A stretch of 64,000 nucleotides of DNA, from the NCBI GenBank assembly GCA_963677895.2, contig CAXXGJ010000038.1, positions 373,512 through 437,511 of the forward strand, read 5' to 3'. Position numbers and translations under genes: made by a program. Within the stretch, counting starts at the first letter, position 1. The number at the start of each line of letters is the position of its first letter. Origin of the DNA: Treponemataceae bacterium (GTDB taxonomy: Bacteria; Spirochaetota; Spirochaetia; Treponematales; Rectinemataceae). Under the pieces are notes generated by a model, which was not told where the DNA came from, searched no databases, and saw only the letters and a program-made list of their open reading frames with translations. Of this stretch, positions 20,435-29,374 are shown in pieces.

Positions 20435-22495
20435 TCAATTCTCGAAGCGTATGGGATCGAAGCTTTTGCCCGTCCGCGTGAAAAACTTGGAGAAAAATTC
20501 GTAGTACTGGAGCCTGATCACCTGTATGGTGACGATGAGGCCTTCGAGCCCTATGATGACCGCGTTGCCGACTATGAACACGACAAGCTGGAACACGATG
20601 CCTCCGGGTGCGCGGTTCCTGACGAGCTCGGCCATCGTGAAGACGACAAAGGAGAGCACGGCGTGGGCAAGCGCGAAGGCCGCCACGCGTAGGAAACTCA
20701 TGGTGTTGGAGGCGTAGTAGGAGAAGGTCTCGATGATCTCCACGAGGCCGCCCACGAGGACATCGACGACGGAGAGTTTATCCCCGCCCGCTTTTGTCAC
20801 GGCCCGCTTGAGCGGCTCGGTGAAGAGCAGCGCCGCGAGGGGAATCCCCAGACCGAGTATGTCGATCCATCCCAGTTTTCCGCCGAAAATGATGCGCAGG
20901 CCCATGCCGGCGGCCCACCAGAACAGTAGGGAGCCGGAAAGCCCCGTCTTCGCGAACAGCGCCTCGCCCCATTCTCCCCTGCGCGCGAGGTTAATCATGT
21001 TGATGACGAGACCGGTCGAATTGATGAGGAATCCGATGCCGACCGTGAAGCCGAAAAAGCTGAACATCGCGCTTATATTGTCGCTCGGCATGATGTCGAG
21101 GAAACGGTCGCGGGGACTGCCCAGAATCAAGGTTGTGAGGAAACGTTCCACGGGAACGAGCAGCGCCTCATCGGAAAAAACCGAACCGACGAGAAGTCCC
21201 ATGAACATGGAACCTGCCCCCGCCGCGACGAAGGCCAGCCAGAATTTCTGGTAAGCTGCGAAAAACCCCTTCTTCGCCCTCCTGATCAGGAGCCCGACGC
21301 AGATGATGACGGCGCCCTGGCCCATGTCGCCGAACATGATCGCGAAGAGAAGGGTGAAAAAGAAAGCCACGAAGGGCGTGGGATCGATGTCGCCGTACAC
21401 CGGCGTGCCGTAGGAGAGGACGATGCCCTGAAAAGCCGACACCAAGCCGTTGTGCTTCAGGAGGACGGGCACTTCCTGACTATCTTCCGGAAGCTTCCCC
21501 TCCTCGTCCTCGGGATTGTAGACGCGTATGGCCATCCGGTCGCCGAACAGCCTCTCTAGATCGTCGCTCAAGGGTTTGACGTTCTCTGCGGGGACCCAGC
21601 CCGAAAGCCTGTAGACCCACTCGGTGCCTTCCAGCCTGCTCTCCACCTTCTTGAGCGCCCTGCCCAGCTTCACCGAAGAGAGCATCTCTGCCCAGGAGGC
21701 GGCGAATCGGCGGGCTTCCTCCTCCTTCATCTCGGCGAGCGCCGCGAGGCGTTTTTTCGCCCCCTCGTAGGAGGCTTCGATGGCGGCCAAGGCATTGGCC
21801 GGAACGCCCTTGAAATCGGGAGGCAGGTCCGCCTTGACGAATCCCGCCTTGGCAAGCTCGGTCTCGAGGGTGAAACGGCCCCGCCGCGAGGCGACGGCTA
21901 TGATCGACCCCTCGTCGTCGAGCGGAATTATCGCTGCCCTCGCGTCGAGAGCGCCCGCGAGCAGGGGAATCCTGTCAGGGTCCACCTTGCCGATACGCAG
22001 GGCCACGAAAGCGAGCTTGTTGATATCCTCGAAAGGCAGCGAAAGCCCCGCGAAAGCCTTCACCTCGCGCAGCGACTCCTCAAGCTCTCCGAGCTTCAGC
22101 TTCTGGGCGAGGACCGCTTCCTCGTTTTCCCCGCAGAACGAAGCGAGCCTGTCCACCTCCGCAAGGAGGGCATCGTCGGGAAGCTTGGCCTTTCCCAGGT
22201 CCAGGCTCGCTTCCTGGTAGTCCAGGCAGGCGCCTATCTTGCCGAGCTTCGCGCTTGCGGCGTCCAGCCTGGCGAGGAAGGCTTCCTCGCCGGCGTCGGA
22301 TCCTGAAACCCTGGAGCGCCGGCCGGCACCCGAGGAGTCCCCCCTCGCCTGCGAGTCCGACCTCGCCCGGGAAGAACCATCCTCGTCCGGGTAGATGATC
22401 TGGAAAGAATGCCCCGAGGAAAGATACCTGAGCGTGCCGTCAATATCGGATTTGAGGAGGAGCAGTTCCATCTTCCTCATCGTCGTCGAACTCAT
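20435..22495 (-). CDS. atpI: V-type ATPase subunit I (a-subunit, stator/ion channel)
   Basis: A soluble coiled N-terminal half is followed by about 7 TM helices. The ATG at 22495 overlaps the upstream stop (ATGA). The track start at 22618 is rejected. Confidence 0.9.
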   Translation of the reverse strand: MSSTTMRKMELLLLKSDIDGTLRYLSSGHSFQIIYPDEDGSSRARSDSQARGDSSGAGRRSRVSGSDAGEEAFLARLDAASAKLGKIGACLDYQEASLDLGKAKLPDDALLAEVDRLASFCGENEEAVLAQKLKLGELEESLREVKAFAGLSLPFEDINKLAFVALRIGKVDPDRIPLLAGALDARAAIIPLDDEGSIIAVASRRGRFTLETELAKAGFVKADLPPDFKGVPANALAAIEASYEGAKKRLAALAEMKEEEARRFAASWAEMLSSVKLGRALKKVESRLEGTEWVYRLSGWVPAENVKPLSDDLERLFGDRMAIRVYNPEDEEGKLPEDSQEVPVLLKHNGLVSAFQGIVLSYGTPVYGDIDPTPFVAFFFTLLFAIMFGDMGQGAVIICVGLLIRRAKKGFFAAYQKFWLAFVAAGAGSMFMGLLVGSVFSDEALLVPVERFLTTLILGSPRDRFLDIMPSDNISAMFSFFGFTVGIGFLINSTGLVINMINLARRGEWGEALFAKTGLSGSLLFWWAAGMGLRIIFGGKLGWIDILGLGIPLAALLFTEPLKRAVTKAGGDKLSVVDVLVGGLVEIIETFSYYASNTMSFLRVAAFALAHAVLSFVVFTMAELVRNRAPGGIVFQLVVFIVGNAVIIGLEGLIVTIQVIRLQYYEFFSKFFTRTGKSFDPIRFEN

Positions 22496-23490
22496 ATTTC
22501 GTCTCCCGCGAGAGCCCAGGCCAGGCCAATTTTCTCTTCGGCCGGCGCTTTCAGCCTTATCCCTTCGAGTATGCCCAGGACAAAGGAAGACTCCGCCTCG
22601 AGCATCTTGAAATAACAATAGAGCGGCGTATAGCCGAACGGATACATATGCATGGAACGCCTCGCAAAGGCGAAGAGATCCCTCTGCATCCTATTCTCGA
22701 GCAGGGGAAGATCGAGACGCGACGATGTCTGTCCCTCCAAAAGCTTTCTGGCCGGCCATGAGTCGAAGCTACCCAGGCTGTCGATATCCAGATCGAAACT
22801 GTCGAGAGCGAGGGAAACCACGTCTTCGCCCTCGATTTCCACGAGAAGCGGCGCGGCCCTTTCCCGGCCGTAGCCGTAATACTTGCGGACCCGCAAAGCC
22901 CAGGCGAGATTCTGGTATTGTATGTCCCTCAGCACGAGGGCGGGAATATTGCCCTTCCGGTTCCTTGGAAGCGCCGAAACCGCGGCCCACAGCTGCCGGT
23001 AATATTGCCTGTCCAAGCGGTTCTCGGCGGCTCCGATATCGCTGAGACCGGCCGCTTCTATCCATGCGTAGGGGGTGTCAGCGAACATTTCTTCCAGCCG
23101 AGGCCAGGCTGATAGCGCCTTTTCTATCGTCGGGCTGGAAAAAAACTGCGATTCCGGCCTTGGCTCCGACGCGGCGAGCTTGTAGAGAAGATTCTTGATG
23201 ACGGAAATCTCATATTTGGCGACGATCGCGGCGATGAATGCATCCGACTCCATGGCCGAACCGGCGAGGGTCATGAAACGCTCCATCGAATGTCCGATCA
23301 CCTTGCGTTCCAGCGTCGCGAGCAGCCAAGCCTCGGGCCGGTTGGGAATGTCTTCCTCGAAATACAGTTTCCAGATCGAGGAGAGCGAGGATTCGGCGGC
23401 GAGGGCGGCGCCTTTCGCGCCCAGATACATGGAGGAAAAAGCGCCACAGACCCTGGCGTACAGATAGGCTATTTCAAACGAGTCGGCCAT
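22492..23490 (-). CDS. atpC: V-type ATPase subunit C (d-type)
   Basis: This is an all-helical protein of about 330 aa. Its position between the stalk subunit and subunit I fits. I prefer the ATG at 23490 (MADSFEIAYLY) to the TTG at 23496. Confidence 0.8.
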   Translation of the reverse strand: MADSFEIAYLYARVCGAFSSMYLGAKGAALAAESSLSSIWKLYFEEDIPNRPEAWLLATLERKVIGHSMERFMTLAGSAMESDAFIAAIVAKYEISVIKNLLYKLAASEPRPESQFFSSPTIEKALSAWPRLEEMFADTPYAWIEAAGLSDIGAAENRLDRQYYRQLWAAVSALPRNRKGNIPALVLRDIQYQNLAWALRVRKYYGYGRERAAPLLVEIEGEDVVSLALDSFDLDIDSLGSFDSWPARKLLEGQTSSRLDLPLLENRMQRDLFAFARRSMHMYPFGYTPLYCYFKMLEAESSFVLGILEGIRLKAPAEEKIGLAWALAGDEI

Positions 23491-23492
23491 GC

Positions 23493-23801
23493 TCAAGCCT
23501 CGGAGGACATGAACCTTCCGCAGGTCGTGGCGAATAACCGCTCGTCCGGATGAGCGGCGACGAGACTTTTTTCGTATTCATCGAGCTCGTTCTTGAGTTT
23601 TTCCGAGATTTCGGACTTAAAGGAGGCCAGTTCGGACTCCTGCTCGGCATGGAGCTTCGTGAGCCTTTCTTTTTCCCGGGAGTGAGCCTCGTCGCGAGCC
23701 TGACCGACGATGACTCCAGCCTCCGTTTCAGCTTCCCGGATCAGCGCCGCGGCCTTTGTTTCGGCCTCCAGCAATCTGTCCAGACCGTTCAGAGAATCCA
23801 T
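23493..23801 (-). CDS. V-type ATPase small stalk subunit (G/H-like)
   Basis: The 102 aa charged coiled coil contains LLEAETKAAALIREAETEAGVIVGQARDEA. It is the first gene of the operon. Confidence 0.6.
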   Translation of the reverse strand: MDSLNGLDRLLEAETKAAALIREAETEAGVIVGQARDEAHSREKERLTKLHAEQESELASFKSEISEKLKNELDEYEKSLVAAHPDERLFATTCGRFMSSEA

Positions 23802-23814
23802 GGTGCACCTCTCT

Positions 23815-23833
23815 TACTATACAAAATCTGTAT
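23815..23833 (-). promoter_or_regulatory. perfect 7-bp inverted repeat just upstream of the V-ATPase operon RBS
   Basis: The plus strand reads ctataca-aaatc-tgtatag. It lies 14-32 nt upstream of the first start codon (23801) and adjoins AGGTG. Confidence 0.3.
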
Positions 23834-23907
23834 AGACAGGTGCGGTCCCATCTGTCCTGTTCCAGAACAAGCCGGGTGGAATCACACAAACAAACTACGT
23901 ATTACGT

Positions 23908-24384
23908 TCAGCTCAGGTCGCTGCTGTCGAATTCCTTTATAAGGGCGAAGGCTTCCGCGGGTGACGTGGAAGCCGCCAATCGTGTGGCCATGCCGGTATC
24001 GTCAATCAGGGAAGCCATTCTCTGAAGCGCGTGCAGGTGCGATTCCGTGTCGTCGGGGGGAGTCAGGAGCATGAATACGAGGAACACGGGATGGCCGTCC
24101 AGCGAATCGTAGTCTATGCCTTTGGAGGAAATACCCAGGACGCCCCTCAGGCTGTCGAGACCCTCGACCGTCGCGTGAGGAAGCGCTACGCCCTTGGCGA
24201 TGCCCGTGGACATCTTGGCCTCGCGGCGGATCAAGGCGTCGAGAATTTTCTGGCGCGGGAATGGAGGCTTGGCCTGATAGCTTCTGGCCAGCACATCGAC
24301 AAGTTCCTCGAAGAGCTCTTCTTTGCTCTCGCTTTCCAAACCTGTCTTGATCGTAGAAGGCTGAAATACCTTTTGAAGTATCAT
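23908..24384 (-). CDS. ptsN: PTS EIIA type-2 domain protein (PtsN/EIIA-Ntr-like)
   Basis: The phosphorylatable His context GIAKGVALPHATVEGL is present in a 158 aa protein. No PTS permease is nearby. Confidence 0.85.
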   Translation of the reverse strand: MILQKVFQPSTIKTGLESESKEELFEELVDVLARSYQAKPPFPRQKILDALIRREAKMSTGIAKGVALPHATVEGLDSLRGVLGISSKGIDYDSLDGHPVFLVFMLLTPPDDTESHLHALQRMASLIDDTGMATRLAASTSPAEAFALIKEFDSSDLS

Positions 24385-24453
24385 ATGTCCGCTCCATCCT
24401 CTAATGACAAAGCAAGGGAGGAGTCTTCGCTTCTCTGGCGCCCGATCGGCGCT

Positions 24454-24873
24454 TTATTTCGTCGTTGTCTGCGTCGTCGATTCGACCGGTGCCGTGGCGG
24501 GCGCTTCGGCAGGCGTCGCAGCCGCGGCAGGCGCGGTCGCTCCGGGAGCCAGAGTGGTGGCGGTCGTATCGCCCTTCCACCATTCGGTATTGGTCGTCTG
24601 CTGAGCCTGCTCCGTAACCAACGCTTCGACATTGCCGGTGGAGGACTTGTTGATGACAGCCAGCGAGAAGGCGGTTACGAAGAAAAGTGCTCCAAGCACA
24701 TAGGTTATCTTGATGACGACATTCGAGGATCTCGACCCGAAGGCGCTCGCCGATCCGCCGGCGAAAATGCCGCCGAGAGAGTCGGAATCTTCATCCTGGA
24801 TGATGACGAGGAAAATGAGCAGAGCGCAGACGAGAACGAAGAGAATGAGGAGCAGCACAGCAAAAAAACCCAT
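24454..24873 (-). CDS. secG: preprotein translocase subunit SecG with Thr/Ala/Pro-rich C-terminal tail
   Basis: The sequence is MGFFAVLLLILFVLVCALLIFLVIIQ ... GGSASAFGSRS ... then a second TM helix. The ATG at 24873 is preceded by GGAG. Confidence 0.8.
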   Translation of the reverse strand: MGFFAVLLLILFVLVCALLIFLVIIQDEDSDSLGGIFAGGSASAFGSRSSNVVIKITYVLGALFFVTAFSLAVINKSSTGNVEALVTEQAQQTTNTEWWKGDTTATTLAPGATAPAAAATPAEAPATAPVESTTQTTTK

Positions 24874-24978
24874 GGTAACGACTCCCGGAATGCAAAATTG
24901 ACAACCTGTGCCCGCGTTGCGCGCACAGGTGTTCATGGTATACGAGAACGAGGCCTCGAATCAAGGCCTCACCATAAT

Positions 24979-25732
24979 TTACCTAAAACAAGCGATCGGG
25001 GCAAAACTCTCGACCTTGAGGCTCGCGCCGCCGACGAGGGCGCCGTCGATGTTGGGCTTGGCCATGAGGGAGGCGGCGTTGTCCGCCTTCACCGAGCCGC
25101 CGTACTGGATGATCATCGTCTTCGCTTTCGCTTCGCCGTACAGGGAAGCGAGGACCTTCCTGCAGTAAGCGTGGACCGAGTCGGCATCCTCGGGCGTGGC
25201 GGTCTTGCCCGTGCCGATAGCCCAGACGGGTTCGTAGGCGATGGTCACCTTGTCGAGGCTCCCTACGGAAGCGACGCCCTTGAGCCCTTCGCGCAGCTGG
25301 GTGGAGAGGACGGTCTCCAGTTTTCCGGATTCGCGTTCCTCCAGGGTCTCTCCCACGCAGAGGATGACTTCGAGCCCATGCGCGAGCGCCAGATTGACCT
25401 TTTTATTGATGAGGGCGTCGGACTCGAGATAGCTGTGCCTGCGCTCCGAATGGCCCAGGATCACGACTTGGACGCCTATATCCTTGAGCATGAGCACCGA
25501 TACTTCGCCCGTATGGGCTCCCTGTTCTTCCGGCCCCATGTTCTGCGCGCCGAGCAAGGATGTTGGACCCCGCGAGCACCTTCGCGACCTCGGAAAGGGC
25601 GGTGAAAGCGGGCGCGATCATCACTTTTTCCTTGCAGCCCGCGAGTTTGGCCTTGAGATCGGCGGCCAGGGCGACGGATTCCGCGACGGTCTTGTGCATT
25701 TTCCAGTTACCGGCGATAAAATATGAACGCAT
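24979..25732 (-). pseudogene. tpiA: triosephosphate isomerase, reading frame interrupted by a 1-nt indel near 25558
   Basis: The N-terminal frame (FIAGNWKMH ... AGSNIL) and C-terminal frame (LGAQNM ... LGHSERR ... AYEPVWAIGTGKTAT ... QYGGSVK) are both intact TPI sequence but offset by one base. This may be an assembly error rather than a true pseudogene. Confidence 0.85.
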
Positions 25733-25872
25733 GGATAGTACCTCGTATTAAAGAAGCTTTCGGAACCGAGCAGGGTTCCGGCCACGCCGACGATAGTAGC
25801 TGAAATCCAAGCGTTTAGTAAAGGCATTTTCGGCATCCAAACCGGCGAAACCGTCATAAAAAATTGCATGCT

Positions 25873-26559
25873 TCAAATTATGAAATCCTCGCCGCCCCAA
25901 CAGCGATCGCTGTCGCCGCAGCCGCGGCCGGGGAAACCCACGATGACGGAGTTCTCGGGCACCGACCTTATGGCGACGGCGTTGGCCCCTACCCTCGAGT
26001 CGGCGCCGATGCTGATGTTGCCGAGGATTTTCGCCCCGGCGCCTACGGTCACCCTGTCGCCCAGCGTCGGATGGCGCTTGCCCCTGCTCAGGGTTGTTCC
26101 CCCCAGGGTCACGCCGTGGTAGATGGTCACATCGTCGCCGATTTCCGCCGTCTCCCCGATGACGACGCCCATTCCGTGGTCGATGAAGAATCGCCGGCCG
26201 ACGCGCGCGCCCGGGTGAATCTCCACGCCGGTGAAGAAGCGGGCGAGCTGGGACAGGACCCGGGCCGAGACCCTGCCGCCGCGGCGCCACAGAAAATGGG
26301 CCAGCCTGTGCGCCCAGATCGCGTGCAGCCCCGCGTAGGCCAGGACGATTTCCGCCGATGAGCGCGCCGCGGGATCGCGTTTCCTTACGGTCTCGATATC
26401 TTCCCTCATCCTCGCGAACAGTCCAGGGTGAGTCGATTGTCCGTCCTCCGGTTTCGCGCCGGCTTTACCGGCCGCCGCGGCCGTCGCCGCTTTCGCTGTC
26501 GGCGCTACCCTCGCCGTCGTCATCGCCGCTTCCGTTCCAGTTTTTACCGCGGTCTTCAA
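25873..26559 (-). CDS. cysE: serine O-acetyltransferase
   Basis: The hexapeptide-repeat core [44 protein letters not shown] is present. The TTG start at 26559 follows AGGAG, and the Ala-rich N-terminal extension leaves the start uncertain. Confidence 0.85.
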   Translation of the reverse strand: MKTAVKTGTEAAMTTARVAPTAKAATAAAAGKAGAKPEDGQSTHPGLFARMREDIETVRKRDPAARSSAEIVLAYAGLHAIWAHRLAHFLWRRGGRVSARVLSQLARFFTGVEIHPGARVGRRFFIDHGMGVVIGETAEIGDDVTIYHGVTLGGTTLSRGKRHPTLGDRVTVGAGAKILGNISIGADSRVGANAVAIRSVPENSVIVGFPGRGCGDSDRCWGGEDFII

Positions 26560-26641
26560 TCTTGACTCCTTTAGTCACAATATAGAGACAACCCACCGAA
26601 GAGGAAAGAAAATCACCCTCCCCTCGAATCGCCTCGGGGAT

Positions 26642-26668
26642 AAAAAAAAGCCACCCTTTCGGGTGGCC
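26642..26668 (-). terminator. rho-independent terminator downstream of pgk
   Basis: The minus strand reads GCCACCC-GAAA-GGGTGGC followed by TTTTTTTT. Confidence 0.85.
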
Positions 26669-26701
26669 TTCAATCGCTGCAAGGTCTGCCGGAAAGGGAG
26701 G

Positions 26702-27960
26702 CTATTTTTGTTCGAGACAGGCGATTCCGGGCAGGGTTTTGCCCTCGAGATACTCGAGGCTGGCGCCGCCGCCGGTGGAAACGTGGCTCATCTTGGAGGC
26801 GAGGCCGAACTTGTTGACGGCGGCCACGGAGTCGCCGCCGCCTACCACGGTGAGGGCGCCGCGGCCCGTCGCCGTTGCGACCATTTTGCCACTTCTTCGG
26901 TACCCTTCGCGAAGGCGTCGAATTCGAAGACGCCCACGGGGCCGTTCCAGACTATGCTTTTCGCCTTCGAAAGAACCTCGCGGTACAAAGCGAGCGTCTT
27001 GGGGCCTACGTCGAGCCCCATGAGATCGTCGGCGATGTTCTCGCCGTCGACGTTCACGGGAGTCGCGTCGGGGGCGAAAGAGGCGGCGCAGATATGGTCG
27101 ACGGGAAGGACGATCCTGACGCCGGCTTTAACCGCTTCGTCGAGAAGACTCTTCGCGGTCTCGAGGAAATCGTCCTCGACAAGACTCTTGCCGACCTTGA
27201 AGCCCTTAACCTTGAGGAAGGTGTAAGCCATGCCGCCGCCAATGATGAGGGCGCTGGCCGTCTTGAGCAGGCTCTGAAGCACCGCGATCTTCGAGGAAAC
27301 CTTGGCGCCGCCGATGATGGCGACCATGGGCTGCGGGGGATTATGGAGCATGGGCTCGAGGTGGGCCACTTCTTTTTCCATGAGGAAACCGCCGACGCTC
27401 ACTTTGCTGAATTTGGCGATCGTGGCGGTGGAGGCATGAGCCCTGTGCGCCGAGCCAAAAGCGTCGTTGACGTAGACATCGCCGTAGGAAGCGAGCTCCT
27501 TGGCGAGGATTTCCTGTTTGGCGAGATCCTTGGAGGTCTCTTCTTTATGGAAGCGAGTGTTCTCCAGCATGACGATGGAACCGTCGGGCAAGGCGTCGAT
27601 GGCGGCCTTCTGCCCCATGCAGGAGGGAAGGAAAAGGACCGGTTTGCCCAGCTTGGCGGAAAGATACTCGGCGACTGGCTTCATCCTATGCTTTCCCGCG
27701 AGATACTTTTCGAGATCGAAAACTTTCCCGTCCTTCTCCGCCTTTTCCTTGGCCTTGGCGGCGTCCTTGTCGGGATCGCCAAGGTGGGACATGAGGACGA
27801 GGCTTTTAACCCCCGCATCGAGAACGTATTTGATTGTGGGAATGGCCGCCGTGATGCGGGTATCGTCCTGCACCTTCCCCTCTTTCATGGGAACGTTGAA
27901 GTCGACGCGCATGATGACGCGCTTTCCGGCGAGCTTTATATCCTTGACGGTTTTGATCAT
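26702..27960 (-). pseudogene. pgk: phosphoglycerate kinase, reading frame interrupted by a 1-nt indel at the T4/A4 run 26884-26887
   Basis: The N-terminal frame carries RVDFNVPM, MSHLGDP and [10 protein letters not shown]...GTEEVAK, then nonsense. The C-terminal frame continues [23 protein letters not shown]...[14 protein letters not shown]. This may be an assembly error. Confidence 0.9.
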
Positions 27961-27972
27961 TTTTCAGGCTCC

Positions 27973-28032
27973 TTGCGGCGGCGCCCCAAACCGCCCAGGA
28001 ACCCCTGAGCGACCGCGGCGCCGCCGCCGCAA
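27973..28032 (-). promoter_or_regulatory. long GC-rich stem-loop in the gap-pgk intergenic spacer abutting the pgk RBS
   Basis: On the mRNA strand, arm TTGCGGCGGCGGCGCC pairs with arm GGCGCCGCCGCAA across a loop of about 30 nt. The 3' arm runs directly into AAGGAG-N8-ATG of pgk. Confidence 0.35.
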
Positions 28033-28045
28033 CGAAAGCGAAACC

Positions 28046-29179
<1,134 letters not shown>

Positions 29180-29180
29180 C

Positions 29181-29202
29181 TATGGATAAATTAATATCCA
29201 TA
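29181..29202. promoter_or_regulatory. 22-bp palindrome TATGGATA-aattaa-TATCCATA in the divergent gap / PBP1A promoter region
   Basis: The perfect 8-bp arms lie in an AT-rich 255-bp intergenic region. The palindrome overlaps a TTGACG-17/18-TATTAA promoter-like element on the gap strand. Confidence 0.4.
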
Positions 29203-29344
29203 ATTGACCGGCTTCGTCAATACTATACGAAGAAATTTACAATTTTTAAAAATAAATATCCAGTAGTAGCCATAATAAGCTGCCTTGAGCCAAAATCCGG
29301 CCTTTCCCGCTCCGCCGCGGAAGCCTGTTCGTCCATAATTGACC
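29197..29344 (+). repeat. two copies of TCCATAATTGACC, each followed 14-15 nt later by TATAC
   Basis: The copies are at 29197-29209 and 29332-29344, both upstream of the PBP1A start. Confidence 0.6.
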
Positions 29345-29374
29345 AAGCCGCGGCACTCGTATACCTTTATTGTC

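Noticed and set aside
22496-22618. The track starts extend atpI at its N-terminus. Comparable extensions affect usp (15310..15564), secG (24874..24936), gap (29120..29179), the TM2 gene (51715..51840), the DD-carboxypeptidase (53210..53269) and the Asp-box lipoprotein (36735..37001).
   Set aside because: In each case an internal ATG gives the expected family N-terminus or signal peptide. That ATG has an RBS or an ATGA/GTGA junction with the upstream gene. The extension overlaps a neighbouring gene.
26880-26890. Programmed -1 frameshifting in pgk, and +1 in tpiA at 25556-25560, by analogy with the Thermotoga pgk-tpi fusion.
   Set aside because: No full slippery heptamer or stimulatory structure is evident. 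The two genes are not adjacent here, since cysE and a terminator intervene. Both sites sit in short homopolymer contexts typical of assembly indels. They are kept as findings only as frame disruptions.
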